Shown here piece after piece: positions 13,395 through 27,910 of a stretch of 64,000 bases of DNA. The stretch covers positions 521,669-585,668 of the forward strand of contig JAAOMT010000503.1 in assembly GCA_016748015.1 (NCBI GenBank). The letters are read 5' to 3'. The translations under genes and the position numbers were made by a program. The notes beneath the pieces are model-generated. The model saw only the letters and a program-made list of their open reading frames with translations. It was not told the DNA's origin and ran no database searches. Numbering within the stretch: position 1 is the stretch's first letter; the number at the start of each line of letters is the position of its first letter. Source of the DNA: Geosiphon pyriformis uo1 (lineage: Eukaryota > Fungi > Glomeromycota).

Positions 13395-16300
13395 TTTATT
13401 ATGTTTAATAAGTAAGATTTAAATATTGTTTAATATAATATATTAAATTAAGTAATCTAAACTAGATATAAATCATGTGTTTTATTATATATAATTAGCC
13501 ATTTAAATTAATTAGAATAACACTATGTATTTATACATACAAAAACCAAATTTTTAATATTTAAAAAAAATAACCATGATTTATATATGCCAAAATTTAC
13601 TCTAAAAGTCTTAGTAATTTTAAGCAGTTTAATCATATTATTAAACAATATAAATAACAAATTGACAACAATTATTAGTAAAATTTTATTATATAAAATT
13701 AGATTATTTTTTTCTATAAAAGTTCAGTACTTGAAATAAATAAGTCAGATATTATTATTATGAACTAATTTAAAACTATACACAAAGTTTATAACTTTAT
13801 AATTAACAATTTTAGTATTTTTAAAAATTAAGAAAACTTCTTAAAACCAGTTCTTAAAAACAAACTTTTTACACAAAACTATATATATAACAACTATAAA
13901 AAAACACAAGAAAAACAATTAAAAAACACACAAAAATAATCTAAACAATTAAAAATATTTTCCAAATAATTATATAGGCATTCAACTAGTTTTTGTGAGC
14001 TTTATCATCTATTTTGCAAGAAAAAATGTGATTTAAAAACTTGATATTTCCACAAAACAAATACAAAACACTATAAAATATTTATTATACAGATATTTAT
14101 AAATAATTACTGGTAATCTGTAATATAAAACTTTTATAAAATAAGAATATACTTTAATTATAGTCTTGCTCATAAATCCAAATATCATATAAAAATTAGA
14201 ATATTATATTAACAATAATTTAACACAATTTATATTTCCAAATAAGCTAATCTCCAGATTTTAGATTCAAATTTGACCTTTTAATAAACACAATAGATTA
14301 TTTAAAAAACCCATAAACAAAACACTTTGTATTTTCTAAAACCACTTTACTATTAGCATTAATAAAATGCTTTTATATACAAATTAGAAGCACCACATTT
14401 AAAAATAAAACAGTATTAGCCAATATATTAGCCTTTTATTATTCAAAATATTTAAGTGATTTTTAATTTTATGCCAATTAATACTTAAATTTTTTTTTCT
14501 AATAATGTTTACAATGTATTGATGCTGTTACAGATAATTATTTGAGATGTTAATACCAATAACAAATCCATAACTTGGTGGTTAATAGCTTGAATTGTAT
14601 TGGTAATATCTAAAATTTTTAATTGAGTCTTTTGTATAATGGACAAAAATTCAATGATGATATCCTTTGATAATTTTTCAAGTTTTTTTTCTCAACTTTC
14701 AAATTAGTAGATTTTAGTATTCATTGCTTCTTAGAATATCTTTATTTTGTTAATTTTTTTTTCAGTTTAATGGCCAGTATCTCTTAATAAGCTATTCTCA
14801 ATTCCAAGTATCTATCCTTATTTCTGGATTTTTTACCAATGTTATTTTTTAATATTAATATCTCACATGTTAATTAGTTAGTAAATCAACAAACAACAAA
14901 AAAAATAAATAAAAATAAAAAAATAAATAAAAATAAATAAAAAAAAATTAGTATCTTATTAATAACTATAATCAAGAAATATTGTTCCAGTATAATTATG
15001 TATTGAATTCTATTAACATAGAATGTTGATAGAGTAAAGATACTTAATATTCTTTAATTAAGCAATGATAACATAAATTTAAGTAGTAATTGATAATTTA
15101 TTGATATATAATATAGATCTTAAACTGTTTTTAATTGTTTTTATAACTAAATATTCTAATAGTATTCTTACTGTGAATTCTGTTTTTTCTGTCTCTAATA
15201 CTCTTACTATATATACATAATTAATGTTCTATAAAATTTCATATATTTGTAAGCAATATGCTATAATTTCTCGAGCAATGCTTATATTGTTAAGTGATGT
15301 GTCCTAATCTTTTAACATAGCTTATATTGCTGAACAATATGTTCTAATCTACTGATATTGCTTATATTATTAAGCAATGTATCCTAATTTACTAGCAATG
15401 TATTCATATGCTTAATACTATTTTCTTATTGGTCTATTTTTTTTATCAGTTTTTTCTACTATTTCTCTTGTATTTTTTTCTATAAATAACAATACTTAAT
15501 TCAATAATAGTTACAAAAGTTTAGTAAAACCAAAGCCAATTTTAATGACAAGTATTCAAAGCTACTTGGCTGTTAAAAAATAACTTAATTATACAGGAAA
15601 AAAAAACACACTGCAAAGCAAATACAATAATTTACAACTTAATTATAATAAAAAAATCAATTTAAATACTCTAATACTTAAACCCAAATTCATATTTTCA
15701 AAAAAAGCTATAACATTAGGCTTTATATTGATAGTATTTAGATTCCTTAAAAAGTTATTAATATAAATAGAGAAATAGATTATATTAGTACTAAGCAGTT
15801 AGTTATAAATCAGATTAAACTTACAAAAACCAAAAATATTCAAAAACTAAAAACCAACAACCAAAAGCAAACCAGCAGAATAAAAATTTAATTTGATAAC
15901 AAAATCAAACCAACCAGAGACAAAGCCACAAAAGTCCAATTTTTTTCAATACTTAAAGATTTTTTAATTAAAAAATTACTTTTTTTATCATATAACTATT
16001 TAATAAAAATAATGCCAAATTATTTAACTAAATAAAACACCTTAAAAAAGATTGATCTATCTAAAACTATTAATATTAAAATTTTATTTTAAAAACAAAA
16101 TGCCAAATATAAAAAGTTAATTAAAAACAAATTATATTTACAAAAAACACAAACCATTTTAGTCAAAAAATTGCTTATAAAACTAACTTTAAAATAGACT
16201 AAAAAGCTTAAAAAATAATAAAAAAACCAGCTTAAAATCTGTAAATTAAGATATTTATTATTAAACAAATAATTCAAAATACTACTTATATTAAAAAAAC

Positions 16301-16993
16301 TTAGTATAAAAGCCAATTTGTTTTTAGTCTGCATTTGTTTAAAAGTTTTTAGACTATACAAAGAAAAATAATAGATTATATTACTTAAAAAGTCCAAAAA
16401 TAAACAAATTTTTGATTTTAAGTTTTTATAAATTATAATGTATTATTTGTTATATATATTATTAAAAACAAAGTTATATTGAATTTTATAACTAATAATA
16501 GAATAAAGCATTATTAAAACCAAATACAAAAATTGTTTATTAAAATAGCTTTTTTCAATATTTTGCTATTAAAAAATTTAATATTTGAATAAGTTTTTAT
16601 TAAACTAAGCTTTAATAAACTTTTTATTGAGAAAAAAATGCTTAAATATCTGTAAATTTTTTTTTTTACAATAAAAATTGGCAGACTACTGATTAACAAA
16701 AAAAGACTTATAACTTTGTGGTTAATTAAAATAACTATTGTTTTGTTATTATTAAATAAAATATTATAAATTCAAAAAAAATTATTTGTAATATTTAAAA
16801 TATGTTGAATTGCCACTTAGTTATATTTTACCCAAATTATATTATCAACAAAACATTAGAAATAAGAAATAATATTATTTTAATTTGAGTTTTAATTTGG
16901 CCAGTTTTAGCAATTAATTTTGAATTAATCTTATAACTATATATATTTTTTTGTTTTTTAATTTTATACAAAAGAAGATCATAAAAAATATAC
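13395..16993 (-). mobile_element. Old, hypermutated 3' half of the LINE (copy E): part of RT, RNase H, C-terminus and 3' UTR; interrupted at 14526-15491
   Basis: 13410-13530 aligns with the 3' UTR of copy A (17560-17675). The minus strand gives degenerate FVDNIIW (~16840), RIFYD-like (~16980), KYWKKLDFCG (~15940), SIYINN (RNase H YTDG position, ~15760) and WHKIKNH (~14465). Confidence 0.8.
14526..15491. mobile_element. Solo-LTR-like insertion, 966 bp (TGTTAC...ATAACA), in the RNase H region of LINE copy E
   Basis: LINE homology stops at 14525 and resumes at 15492. 4-bp TSD ATGC/ATAC (one G>A change). Confidence 0.75.
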
Positions 16994-17539
16994 TGTTATT
17001 TAAGTAAAAGTAATTAAAAACTTATTAGAAAAGACATAAAAACTATGTAATAATATGAAAAAAACATAATAATACAAAATAACATAAAATAATACAAAAT
17101 AATATAAAATAACTCAAAATAATACAAGATAATACATAATAACTACTGATAATATAAAATAACTGGTTATAGTGTAAAAAAACAAAACAATAACAAAAAT
17201 AATAAATAATAGCTAATAATAATAAATAATTAAAAACAATTATGTAAAACTATATAAAAACAAATAATTTTAGCAGATAAAAAAAAACAAACAGAAGACA
17301 AAAACCTATTTTCTTAAAACATATCTTAACTTTAAAACTTAATAAAACTTTTTTATTTTATTTTTTTTATATTTTTCTATTTATTATTAAATAAAAATAT
17401 TATTTAATTTATTTATATATAATTACAAATTTTGTGTTGTTAAAATTGAATTAATTGTTTTTTTTATTTTTGTTTCAAACCAAATGTTATTAGCATAAAC
17501 AATTTCAAAACTCTAATGATTTAAAACTATTATTATTAT

Positions 17540-20500
17540 TTTTTTTTATTAACGTTTAACGAGTGAAGCCCAAAAGCCACCTAGTGCAATACATCAAACT
17601 AAGCAATCTAAACTAGATGCTAATTATGCACTTTCTATACGTAACCAGCCACTCGAACCAATCAGAGCAACACTATGAATCTATCAGAACAGAAACCACA
17701 CCATTTATACCAGAAAAAAAACAGCTATGTTCACGAAAACCAAAACAAATACCAACTGCCTTGGAAATCTCAAGCAATCTAATCACCTCAGCAGAAAACA
17801 TGCATGACAAACCATGAGTCACAGAATACACAGAACCATCAAGTGGAATTAAACCACCTTTTTCCATCAAAGCCCTATATTTAGCTTTAACTACTCAAAT
17901 ATCCAAGTGGTAAGCAGCACCCAATTTTTGAACAAAATTAACAATAAACCTTTCCACAACCTTGATATCATTTAGAATAGACAAAGCTTCCTGAATCCAA
18001 TCCCTGAACACAAAACCTTTGCCCATGGTAGTATACAACACATTATTAGATATGCACAGAGAGAGCACCTGTGAGACATGAGACGAATGCAAGCCCAATT
18101 CAGAAACACTTTGCTACTTGGCCAGATGAGACTTGAGAATGCTCTTATAAGCATCAGAATCAAACATGCAAACAAAGAAATGGTTGGAACTTTCCACCTC
18201 ACCACAATGCAAACATGAGACACTCAGAGATCTTACTATACAGACGTTTTCACACAGCAACTAGGAGACAGTGGTGAAAAGCTTTTAAAAAATAAGAGTG
18301 CAAACCAGCTGTAGATTTACTGGTAAAGCCAGCTGCCATATGGAAGTCAGAATGCCACACTGAAGCAGTGTGAAACCAGTCCACATCACCAAGCAAACTG
18401 TTATCAACAATATTGAAACCAAGACCAATCTCCCAGCAAGCCTGATTAATAAACCTGAAAATCTCACAAGCAAAATAACGAACATTTTCAGACACTACCT
18501 CCCTGGTAGCCATGATAAATTTCTTTCTAACCAAAACAGAAAGCGCCAAAGAAGAGCTCGCAGCTAGACCAGCCAACTTATCAGCATGCTCATTATCCAC
18601 AACACCTGAATGTCCTTTTACTTTATGCCAAAAAACAATAAGCCACTTATTCCTAATTAAATTGACAATGCCACGCCACTCCATCCAACAGCGATTGTGG
18701 AAATCTGGAAACACCAGAGCAGATTCAGCCATACACGCATCCAATGCAGCCTAACTGTCTGAATAAACCACCACAGAACTGTCAAGAGTGTTACCAGAAG
18801 ATTTTCACACTTTTCAATACAAAAATTACAACACATACAATGGAAATTAACATCAAAATCATGCAAAAAAGGTCTACATTATTGCATTTAATCAACAAAA
18901 TCAGCTGGCAATCTGGAAATAAATGATCAGCAATCAATCCAATTACAATAAAGAAATATGACACAATCCAACAGTTTAACTAAGTTGGATATAAAGAAAT
19001 CTTGGCAAACTAAAAAACACCAATGGAAATGAATGATTGATGCATGTAATCAGATAACAACAGGTTTTGTTATGCTTCAAAATTCTCATACGCCCTTATT
19101 GAAACAATCTAACATTTCAGATCTGCAATCAATGATTAAAAGTAGTTATTAAGAAATGTAATCAATTGATCTACTTCTGATTATGTTGATCATAATCACA
19201 ATTGGTATTATTAATTTATAATCAATGTTTTAGATCCAGCCATCTAAAATCTGATCATCTAAATTACTAGCTCTTGGATAAATAACAGGCCAAGTAAGCT
19301 CATCATGAATTAATTAATTAAATGTATATAAATAATTGATGTATTTTAAATAGTTATAATATAGTATATAGATCTGATGTAATTTAGCTATATATACAGC
19401 CCCTTTGTTAGCTCAGGAAAGTATTAGTTTAATACTAAGCCAACTCTTTGCTATAGTTTTATAGTGAGCAGTTAGTCTTTTCCTCTACTTTTTACATTCT
19501 CTCTCCCCTTTCTATGTTTTAAATACTTGTCATTACAATCTCAAGTATTGTCTTCCCATATTCCTTATTACCATTTGAAATTACATTGTTTATAATCTTT
19601 TACTTACTTGTTATCACCATTTTAAGTTGTTCTATTACTTCCGATCTTTCAAATCATGTGTTATCACCATTTCACATTAAGTCTTGTTTCACTAAACAAG
19701 TTGTTAAATATAAAAATAAGTAATAAAGTATCACATTGTTAAAGAGTAGTTTCAACAATAAAAAGTTTAAGCAAAATCTATTTCAGTTATGTTTGACTTT
19801 TATAATTCTTTTTATAATTCTTATAACTTCATTTTCAAAGTGGGTATTTGAACACCACACCCTTTTGACAACTAATTGAAAGAATTCTGGTTACATGTTT
19901 CTTTGAGTAATTGGTTTTACTCCTTGTTGCTGGTTGTGCTTCTAATACATATAAAAAGATGTGACTTCTCTTTTCCTTTTTTTAAATAACTAAGACTGGT
20001 TCTTGCCCAAAAACAAATAATAATAATAATACTTTTTTTTACTTTAATGACATTATCACATACCTCTTTTGCTCTCCCACCTACTGAAATAGTCCATACA
20101 CCCATGATATGCTATAGTCAGTAGCATAATTATGGTAATGTGTATTCTAGGTAAAAGTTATTGTCATTGCTAAGAAGTTACAAATTCCATAGCTTTCACC
20201 CAGTAACAGGGGGAACACACTCTAATACTAAAGCAATCACCTGCAGTTCCGCCATAGTTAAAGACACCAATTCACCAATCTTAGCACCAATACTCATGTT
20301 TAGATCTAAGAAATAAGCAGCAGCACCACATTTTATTTCATGTAAACCCAAATTTCTCAATGATCTATCAGTGTAGACATTGACTACCTTCATATTCGCT
20401 GAAGAGAGACAATGGCTCAATCCAGAAACTGCACCTGAACTGCAAACATTTATATCTCATGAATCTTCAATGTGCAAATCATTAGAAATAGAAGATCGAT

Positions 20501-23500
20501 CCAAAAAGTCACAAATCAAAATAAACCAATGAGAGATAGGGCCCCTTGGATCAAGTCTCTTCCAATGACAAAAGCTTTTCCAATCAAAAATTAAACCTTT
20601 TTTGGTATGTAACTGCTTGGCAAAAGCAACCCCAAACTTTCTGAGAGACAAAGAGACATCATAAAACAAAGAAACATCTAGGACTGCAGATATTGGTGTC
20701 CCACCAGAAAATCAGAATGCAGAAACAGAGAGATTGCTGAGAGACATGCCACAATCCAAAAAATTCTAATGACTTCTGCCAAAAAATTATTGACCAGATT
20801 GACATGCAACTTAATCAGACAACATAAAGGGTGAATAGGTGACCAACCCAAGACTTGAAGATCCAGAGATTTATAATTAAACAAACAACCAAGAATACTA
20901 TCAGCATTTGAGAAACACAACACAGAAGCCACCTTGCATTCAGTTTGCAACTGCTTAAAAGATCTTAAACCATACAAAGAAGAATAATAAAGGGCCTCAT
21001 TGGGAAAGTCTTTTGAAAGACCAGCTTTAAGTCTCAATCCTCTCTTGATCAATGTATCCCACTTTATGTACACATTTCTGGAGACAAAGCTGAACTGAGT
21101 TCTGTAATTGATAATTGGTTGCAACATAGCTGATACTAGATAAAGAAACTGCTTGTTCAAAATAGCTTTTTTGAGAACCAAATTGACAAAAAACTTGACA
21201 TCCATGTGCACTTTAGCCAAGCTCGGTTTAGATAACCCCTCAGATGACAAATAAATGCTAAGGTATTGATGAGACTCTTTTCTGCAAGCAATTAAAATTG
21301 GCAGACCACTAATTGACAATGAAGTATTACTAACCCTCTGATTGATAGGAATGGCTACAGTTTTTTTATTATTGATAGAAATATCATTTATCCTAAAAAA
21401 TTCACTTGCTGTGTTCAGAATATACTGAATGACAGCCTGATTGCTTTCCACCCAGATAGTATCATCCACAAACACACCAGCAGCCAGAAAAAAAGTCAAA
21501 CTGCCTTGGTTTTCTATTCTGCCAGTCTTAGCTACAAATTTAGTATCAATTCGGTAACCACACAAACTTTCCTGTCTCTTAACCTCACACAAAAGGGGGT
21601 CATAAAAGATCTTCTACAGCAAAGGAAAGAAAACCTCACCCTGATCAAAACCATCATGCACTCAGTAACTATCTGTTAGACCAAAATCAGTCATAACCCG
21701 GTTAACGCAGTCATTGTGAATTGAACCAAAAAATTTAATAAAACGCCTGCATATTTTGATCCGAACCAAACTATTATGCAAGTAATGCCAACCTACAGAG
21801 TCATAGGCTTTATGCATATCTTGTAGCACAAGCCAAAGCTCACGATTTTTCTTCAAAGCATCTTCAACAACCAAACCAATGGCAAAAATAAGAGACTGAG
21901 TGGTCATTCCTTTAAGCACTAAAAAATTGTCCTCACAAAATATGTTAAATAGACTGCATGCTGAAGAAATTCTGTCAGACAACAACTTAGAAAAAATCTT
22001 ACAGGCAGTCTCAATTAAAGCAATTGGTCTAGTATTTATTAAGACACCTCCCCACTCATTAGGCTTGGGAATCATTGACACCCAAGCTTCCTTCTAACAA
22101 TGGAGAATTGACTCACATGCCAAACAAATGTTTAGAAGGTCCAGAAGCAAGTCTAACACAGAACCATCACAATGTTTCCAAAGTTTATTTGAAATGCCAG
22201 ACAAGCCAGCAGCTTTACCATCCGGCAAATCCTTAATCACACATGTCAAGTCATCCAAACTGATAGCATTCATCACACCCGAAAAAGCATTATCATCAAC
22301 ATAATCCAATGACAGGTATTAATGCTGCCACAAATTAGGAACACTTCTCAACATGGCCCTCTTCCTTGTCCAGTCCTCCATTATACTATCAACCTTATTT
22401 TTAACCTCTACCAGATCCAAAATCAAGCCACCATCAGAGACCAAATGATCTAACACCACTTTGTGGAATGGGCATTCCAAAACACTATGGATTATATGGT
22501 CTTTGTTGACCACAAAACTCTCCATCCTTCTCTCAATAGCTGATTTAATGTCCAACTTCTCGGCTCACAAAGACTCGGCAAGCTTAGAGGCATGATAATA
22601 CCTCCTCACACCACAAAGAGCAGAATAGACATGATCAAAACTTGCACCAGAACTCACAAGATCACAAACAATAGAAGCTTTGTCACTATCCATAGAAACC
22701 CAGTATCTTAATAGAGACTCAAACCTGCTGAAGTCTGTTTTGTGAGAAGCCTTGACAATTTTTAACACCAAAACCTCCAAGTTATGCAACTTGGAAGACT
22801 CTTTGGTAAACATCCCATTATAACTCTTAAACCATTTTTTCTTGAAAGTATTATTAGCTGAAAAAACCATCACTTTATGAACAGTATCCCACATAGCATC
22901 CAAATCAGAAAACTTCTTGGCAGCCTCAAATTTGTCCAAAAACATGGTAGCATTGGCCGCAGTAGCATCTTTAAACTCACCCCATTTTGCTACATCTACA
23001 CTTTTGACATCAAACTTCCAATGATCCTTATTTGCCTGCTTGTGTATTAAACTTAAATGGACATTGAGCAAACCACCCAAACCCATGGAAGCAGATACAG
23101 CTTTGTGGTCAGTATCAAAATATTCTTTGACATTGGCCACACTACCATCTGTCACAGCATTGACCAAACTCAAAGAAATGAAAACGTAGTTGAAAGCTTT
23201 AGTGACACCATGGGAATTGGTTTACATAGGCATCTTAACAAATAAACTTCCCTCCAGAGAATTAGCTAAACCCAAATCAAAGCATTTCTTGAAGCTAACA
23301 TACTTTCGGGACCCATCTTCATTAAAGTCACCACCCAAAATAACGGAGGAGGACTTGTTTACTGCCTTTGCAATGAGAGAGTTGATTTCACCAGCCTGAG
23401 AAAACCAAACCACTAATGATGTACCAGCATAGAGTCTCAAAATTGACACAGAAAGATTATTCTTGAAGAGTAATTTAAGAGAAAGAAGACGACCAGGAAC

Positions 23501-25712
23501 TTCAGAAATCTTACATATATGTCTCACCAAAGAAATGTCCATGATAATCATCACACCAGAACCCAAATGACCAGAGTCCAAACCAGAGGTGAAAACCCAA
23601 ACACCATCAAATTTATTCATGATTCATGGGCAGATCTTGCCCTTCAACTTAGTCTCAGTAACAACAGAAATCAAATTGTTTATCTCTTTATGCCAATATA
23701 TTACATTATCCTGTTTTGTAAGATTATTCATACCCTTAACATTGCACATAGCAATCTTCTAAACTAGACTGGTCATTGAGAAAGAGATTTGGGAGATGCA
23801 CCACCAGCCAAAATCGAACCATCAAATCTCACTGTAAGACTTAGAACCGAGGCAGAAAGTTCTTCTAACATGTTTTCCAATCTTTTTACTTCAGTAGAAG
23901 CAAAAAAGTTCAAAGTTGTAACAGTCTTACCACTAGTGGTCTCACCCTAACCCTCTCCCATCACTATATTACCCACCTGATCCTGTGATGGGAGGTTACT
24001 GGCAGCTGACATCCAGGACTAAACTGGAAAACTGCCAGCATAAATGAGTCCAACCTCTTAGCCAACTCATTAATTTGTCCTGCGAGACTGGTAAGACTGC
24101 TTTTCAAAACAGCAAACTTTTTCTCAACATTACTTGTATCATGGATGATAGGCTTCATCTCTGAAGAAAAGCCAGAATTGAACAATACTTTTTGCACAGA
24201 GAGAGGAGGAAAAACATTTCCGCCAGCAATTTTCATCCAAGAAACCCCACCAAAAGTGACAGGACAAGCAATTGGAGCTGAATGCTTGACATAAATGGTT
24301 GCCAGTCTGCTTTTATACAAGTCTGAAAAGGATCTGCAAGGATGCTTCCCAGAGGAGATATTTCTACCTACAGCATAGCCCAAAGATATATGACCCAATT
24401 TCCCACACTTAGCACATTTAAAAAAATCCAAAAGAGACCAATACATATTCACACCCCTTAAAACTAGAGTAGTTCCCATGACAGCATCTAAGGAATCGGC
24501 TGAATCAAAACAAACAACAGCACATCTGGCCCAAGCATACATAACAGAATAACAATCTATTGCACATGTTTTCTCATCCACAGAGCCAATATAATCCCAG
24601 ATGTTATGTGCAGTCATTCCTATTAGCAGAGTATAGAGCAAAGCCCTATGTTGATCTCTCGAGTCCCATGATTCCTTGTTTTGATCAACCCTGGCTACAT
24701 GCACAGCATTCTTTCCAATCAGAATAGACTAGCAGACTGCAACTAAATCAGCCTGTTCACTTTCACTAAATTCAATAACAGCTTTCTGCCACAAACCCAC
24801 TAACTGCATTTTGATCAACACTATCACACCAAAACTAGATAGCGCAGCACACACAGCCTCAGTTGAGGTTTCAACAGGAATTTTCTTTAATACTACAGCC
24901 TGATCTGAATGCCCAGATGATTTTTTGAGATTAGTGTTCACCAGAATTTTTGTATCAATGGCCAATTTGGTAGCTTTCATTAAACTCAATTCAGAAGTAA
25001 ATGTCACTTGACAATCTCAGCAAATTTTGAGAAGGTAGAAGCCTCCCCCAAAACCATTGATCTTTGAAAACAAATTTCTGACCACCAGAAGCTTTTCATG
25101 AGAAGATTTCCCAACCACCATGTCCAACCCAATATCTAATGCAAAAGATTTTCAAACAGAAACATTGACCAGATTCTTTGCAGGTGGTGGAAGCACTAGA
25201 GAGACATCCAAAAGAACATCATCATTATCACTGCTTGGTGAGAAGTCAATATTTCCCAATGGTTTACCCAATGCCTTCTTGGTTTTGACTTTTGAGCCCA
25301 TAGGTGTTTGATTATGATCTCCCCCAGCAAGAGCACTACCTTTACCATAATCGAAACTGGTTTTCTCAACCAGACACTCCTTTTCCATATTAATACTCTT
25401 AGACTCAGTGGTGTCACCAGTCTCTGAACTCCATGAGCGATTATCTTAGACACTAAAACCAATATTTTCATTACCAGAACCATTTTCTAAAATGCTGTCT
25501 CTCCTTTTTTTCTTAGGAAAACAGGTCTAAAACCATCACTAGAACCAGAAACTTTGGCAGCCTTCTTCATAACAGCAATACTACAGTCAACAGTAGTCTC
25601 ATAGTTGAGAATAAAGGGTTTAGATTTATCATACTCAATTGTAAAAAACTTCTTTCAAAAAACTTTTGACTCTTTTTTAGGAATTTGGGATAAAGGAGAG
25701 AAAGAAGTTTTT
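17540..25712 (-). mobile_element. L1-like LINE with RNase H, near full length, decayed (copy A); ORF1 ~25570-23773, ORF2 23776-17673, interrupted at 18789-20208
   Basis: ORF1 RRM (WQKAVIEF) and CAKCGKLGH knuckle. ORF2 APE (GGDFNE, DTDH), RT (RPIALIE, FVDDTIW), RNase H (VYTDRS, AELQ, KVKGHSG..NEHAD), Cys-rich C-terminus. Poly(A) tail at ~17540-17550. Many stops. Confidence 0.93.
18789..20208. mobile_element. Solo-LTR-like insertion, 1420 bp (TGTTACCAGA...CCAGTAACA), in the RNase H domain of LINE copy A
   Basis: Splits the LECVPP|DSSVVV coding segment. 4-bp TSD AGAG/GGGG (G>A decay of GGGG). Inverted TGTTAC/GTAACA termini. Confidence 0.82.
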
Positions 25713-26943
25713 ATTAATTTTATTATTTTTAATTATAACAATTGATAATATTAATTTTTCTTTTTTTTTCTTATTTTTAATTTTTTGTTTTTTTTTTGTT
25801 TTTTTGTTTTTTTTTGTAAAGCAGCAACAAAAAAAAATTGCTTTTCTAAAAATAGACTTTATAATAACTTGGTAAAAAAAAAACTTTTTCTTAAGTTTGA
25901 ATATTAATTTTATTTTGTTAGATTACTAAAAAAATGAAAAAACAATATTAAATTTTAGCAATTATATTCAATTAGCTTAGAAAAGATAGCTTAAATTTAC
26001 AATTGCAAACCAGCAAAATACATCTCTGTATTTTATAACCAAAAAACTTTACATGTAAATTTATATATAGCAGAAATTTTCAGAAACTAATAAATTCTAA
26101 TATACTTTTTGTGCAATTAAAAAAAACTTTACAGCTTTTTTACTTAAATTTATAGCATTAAATATTATTACAATATTCTATTAAGTTTACTTATAACAAT
26201 GTACAAAAATTTGAATTATATAAATTAGATATATAAATACCAAAAAAAATAAGAAAAAAAAGCTTAAAACACTTTTAAAATAGACTTTTTAAACAAAATC
26301 TTGAAACTTTACAACAAATATTCAAAGCAATTTTACAATACACAATACTAATAAAAATTAAAATTGATAAAAAAAAAGATACAATATAGAAATACAAGCA
26401 AAAAAAAAGTGAGCAAAGTTTAATTAGAATTAAATATTTTTAGTCCTATAAAGAATTAAAAAAAATATGTGTTTCTAAACAATAGAAAAAATTAGAAAAG
26501 CTTTAAACAACTTAACCATAAAACCAAATATTAGAAAATAAACACCAAAAATCTTCACAACATAAAAAAAACTTTTATTAATATACTGGTTTTTTAAATT
26601 AACAAAAGACTAAACTTATAAATATTATACATAAACAATAATAAACAAATATTTAATAAAAAAGCTTTTAAACAAATAAAAAAATTTGTTAAAAAAAACA
26701 ATTTAGCACTATACTACAAGACAATATACCAATTATACTTAACATTTAAATACTGTTTAGTTATATTATTAGACAAGTTATTGAAAACTATTATAATTAA
26801 TAATATAAAATAAATAATAAATTCTTAATTTAAAGACTTATAAAAAGCAATAGTTAACATAACAATTGAATATTATATTAAAAAAACCACTTTTGAAAAT
26901 ACATATGATTTTGCAAAAGCTTAATTTTAAAAGAAAAAAATAT

Positions 26944-27910
26944 TATTATTCAAGTAAAAAATAATTAAAAACTTATTAGAAAAAAATAAAAACTATATAA
27001 TAATAGAAAAAACATAATAATACAAAATAACACAAAATAATATGAAATAATGCAAAATAATATAAAATAATTCAAAATAATACAAAATAATACATAATAA
27101 TATAAAATAGCACAGAATAACTAATTATAATAATACAATAGCTAAAATAGTAAATAATAGCTAGCAATAACAAAAAATCAAAAACAATCTTGTAAAATTA
27201 GAAAATATATATAAAAATAAATAGTTTTAATAAACAATATAAAAAAAAGTAAACAAAACAAGAATCAATTTAATATTTTTATATTATTTTTAGTTTCAAA
27301 TATTCATTTTTTTTTTTTATATTTCGAATTTACTAAATAAAATATTATTGTTTAATTTACAAGTTTATAATTTTAATATTCTAATTATTAAGATCTAATT
27401 AATTATTTTTGTTTATTTTTGTTTTAAATCAGATGCTTTTAACATAAATACTTTTGGATTTTAATAATTTAAACCAATTGCTCTTGATTATAATAATTAA
27501 CAAAATATTAATTTATTTATTTTTTTCTTTTATAAAGTAATAATATTAGAAATTAATTGTCTGAAAATAAACTTTGTAATAGTTTAATAAAAAAAAAGCT
27601 CTTTCTAAGTTTGAATATTAATTTTATTTTGTTAGCTTACCAAAAAAACAAAAAAACAACACTAGACTTTAGCAACTGCATTTGATTAACTTAAAAAAAT
27701 AGCTTATATTTATAACTGTAAACTATCAAAAACATATTTGTGTTTTATAATTAAAAAACTCCAATGGATAAATTTTTATATAGTAAAAAATTTTAAAGAC
27801 TAATAAACTCTAGTATGCATTCTGTATATTCAAAAAAAATCTTGCAGCTCTTTTACTTAAATTTAAAGCACTAAATATTATTATAATACTTATCAAGTTT
27901 ATCTATAATA
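26944..27910 (+). mobile_element. LTR-like repeat copy 2, preceded by a purine tract (possible 3' LTR plus PPT)
   Basis: Direct repeat of the split copy at 16994/26198. AAAAGAAAAAAA lies just upstream (~26929-26940). Confidence 0.65.

Larger units (their letters stand above)
16994..26198 (+). mobile_element. LTR-like repeat copy 1 (16994-~17540 plus ~25720-26198), split by insertion of LINE copy A
   Basis: Starts TGTTAT and ends ATAACA. The two halves together are colinear with 26944-27910, including the 10-bp AATACAAAAT-type tandem array. Confidence 0.7.

Noticed and set aside
17060-17165. 10-bp periodic repeats (also 27015-27120) as a satellite or array
   Set aside because: They are an internal feature of the two LTR-like copies.
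9100-17500. AT-rich DNA as organellar insertion or endobacterial contamination
   Set aside because: It aligns with retroelements in this window once transitions are reverted, and no organellar or bacterial genes are seen.
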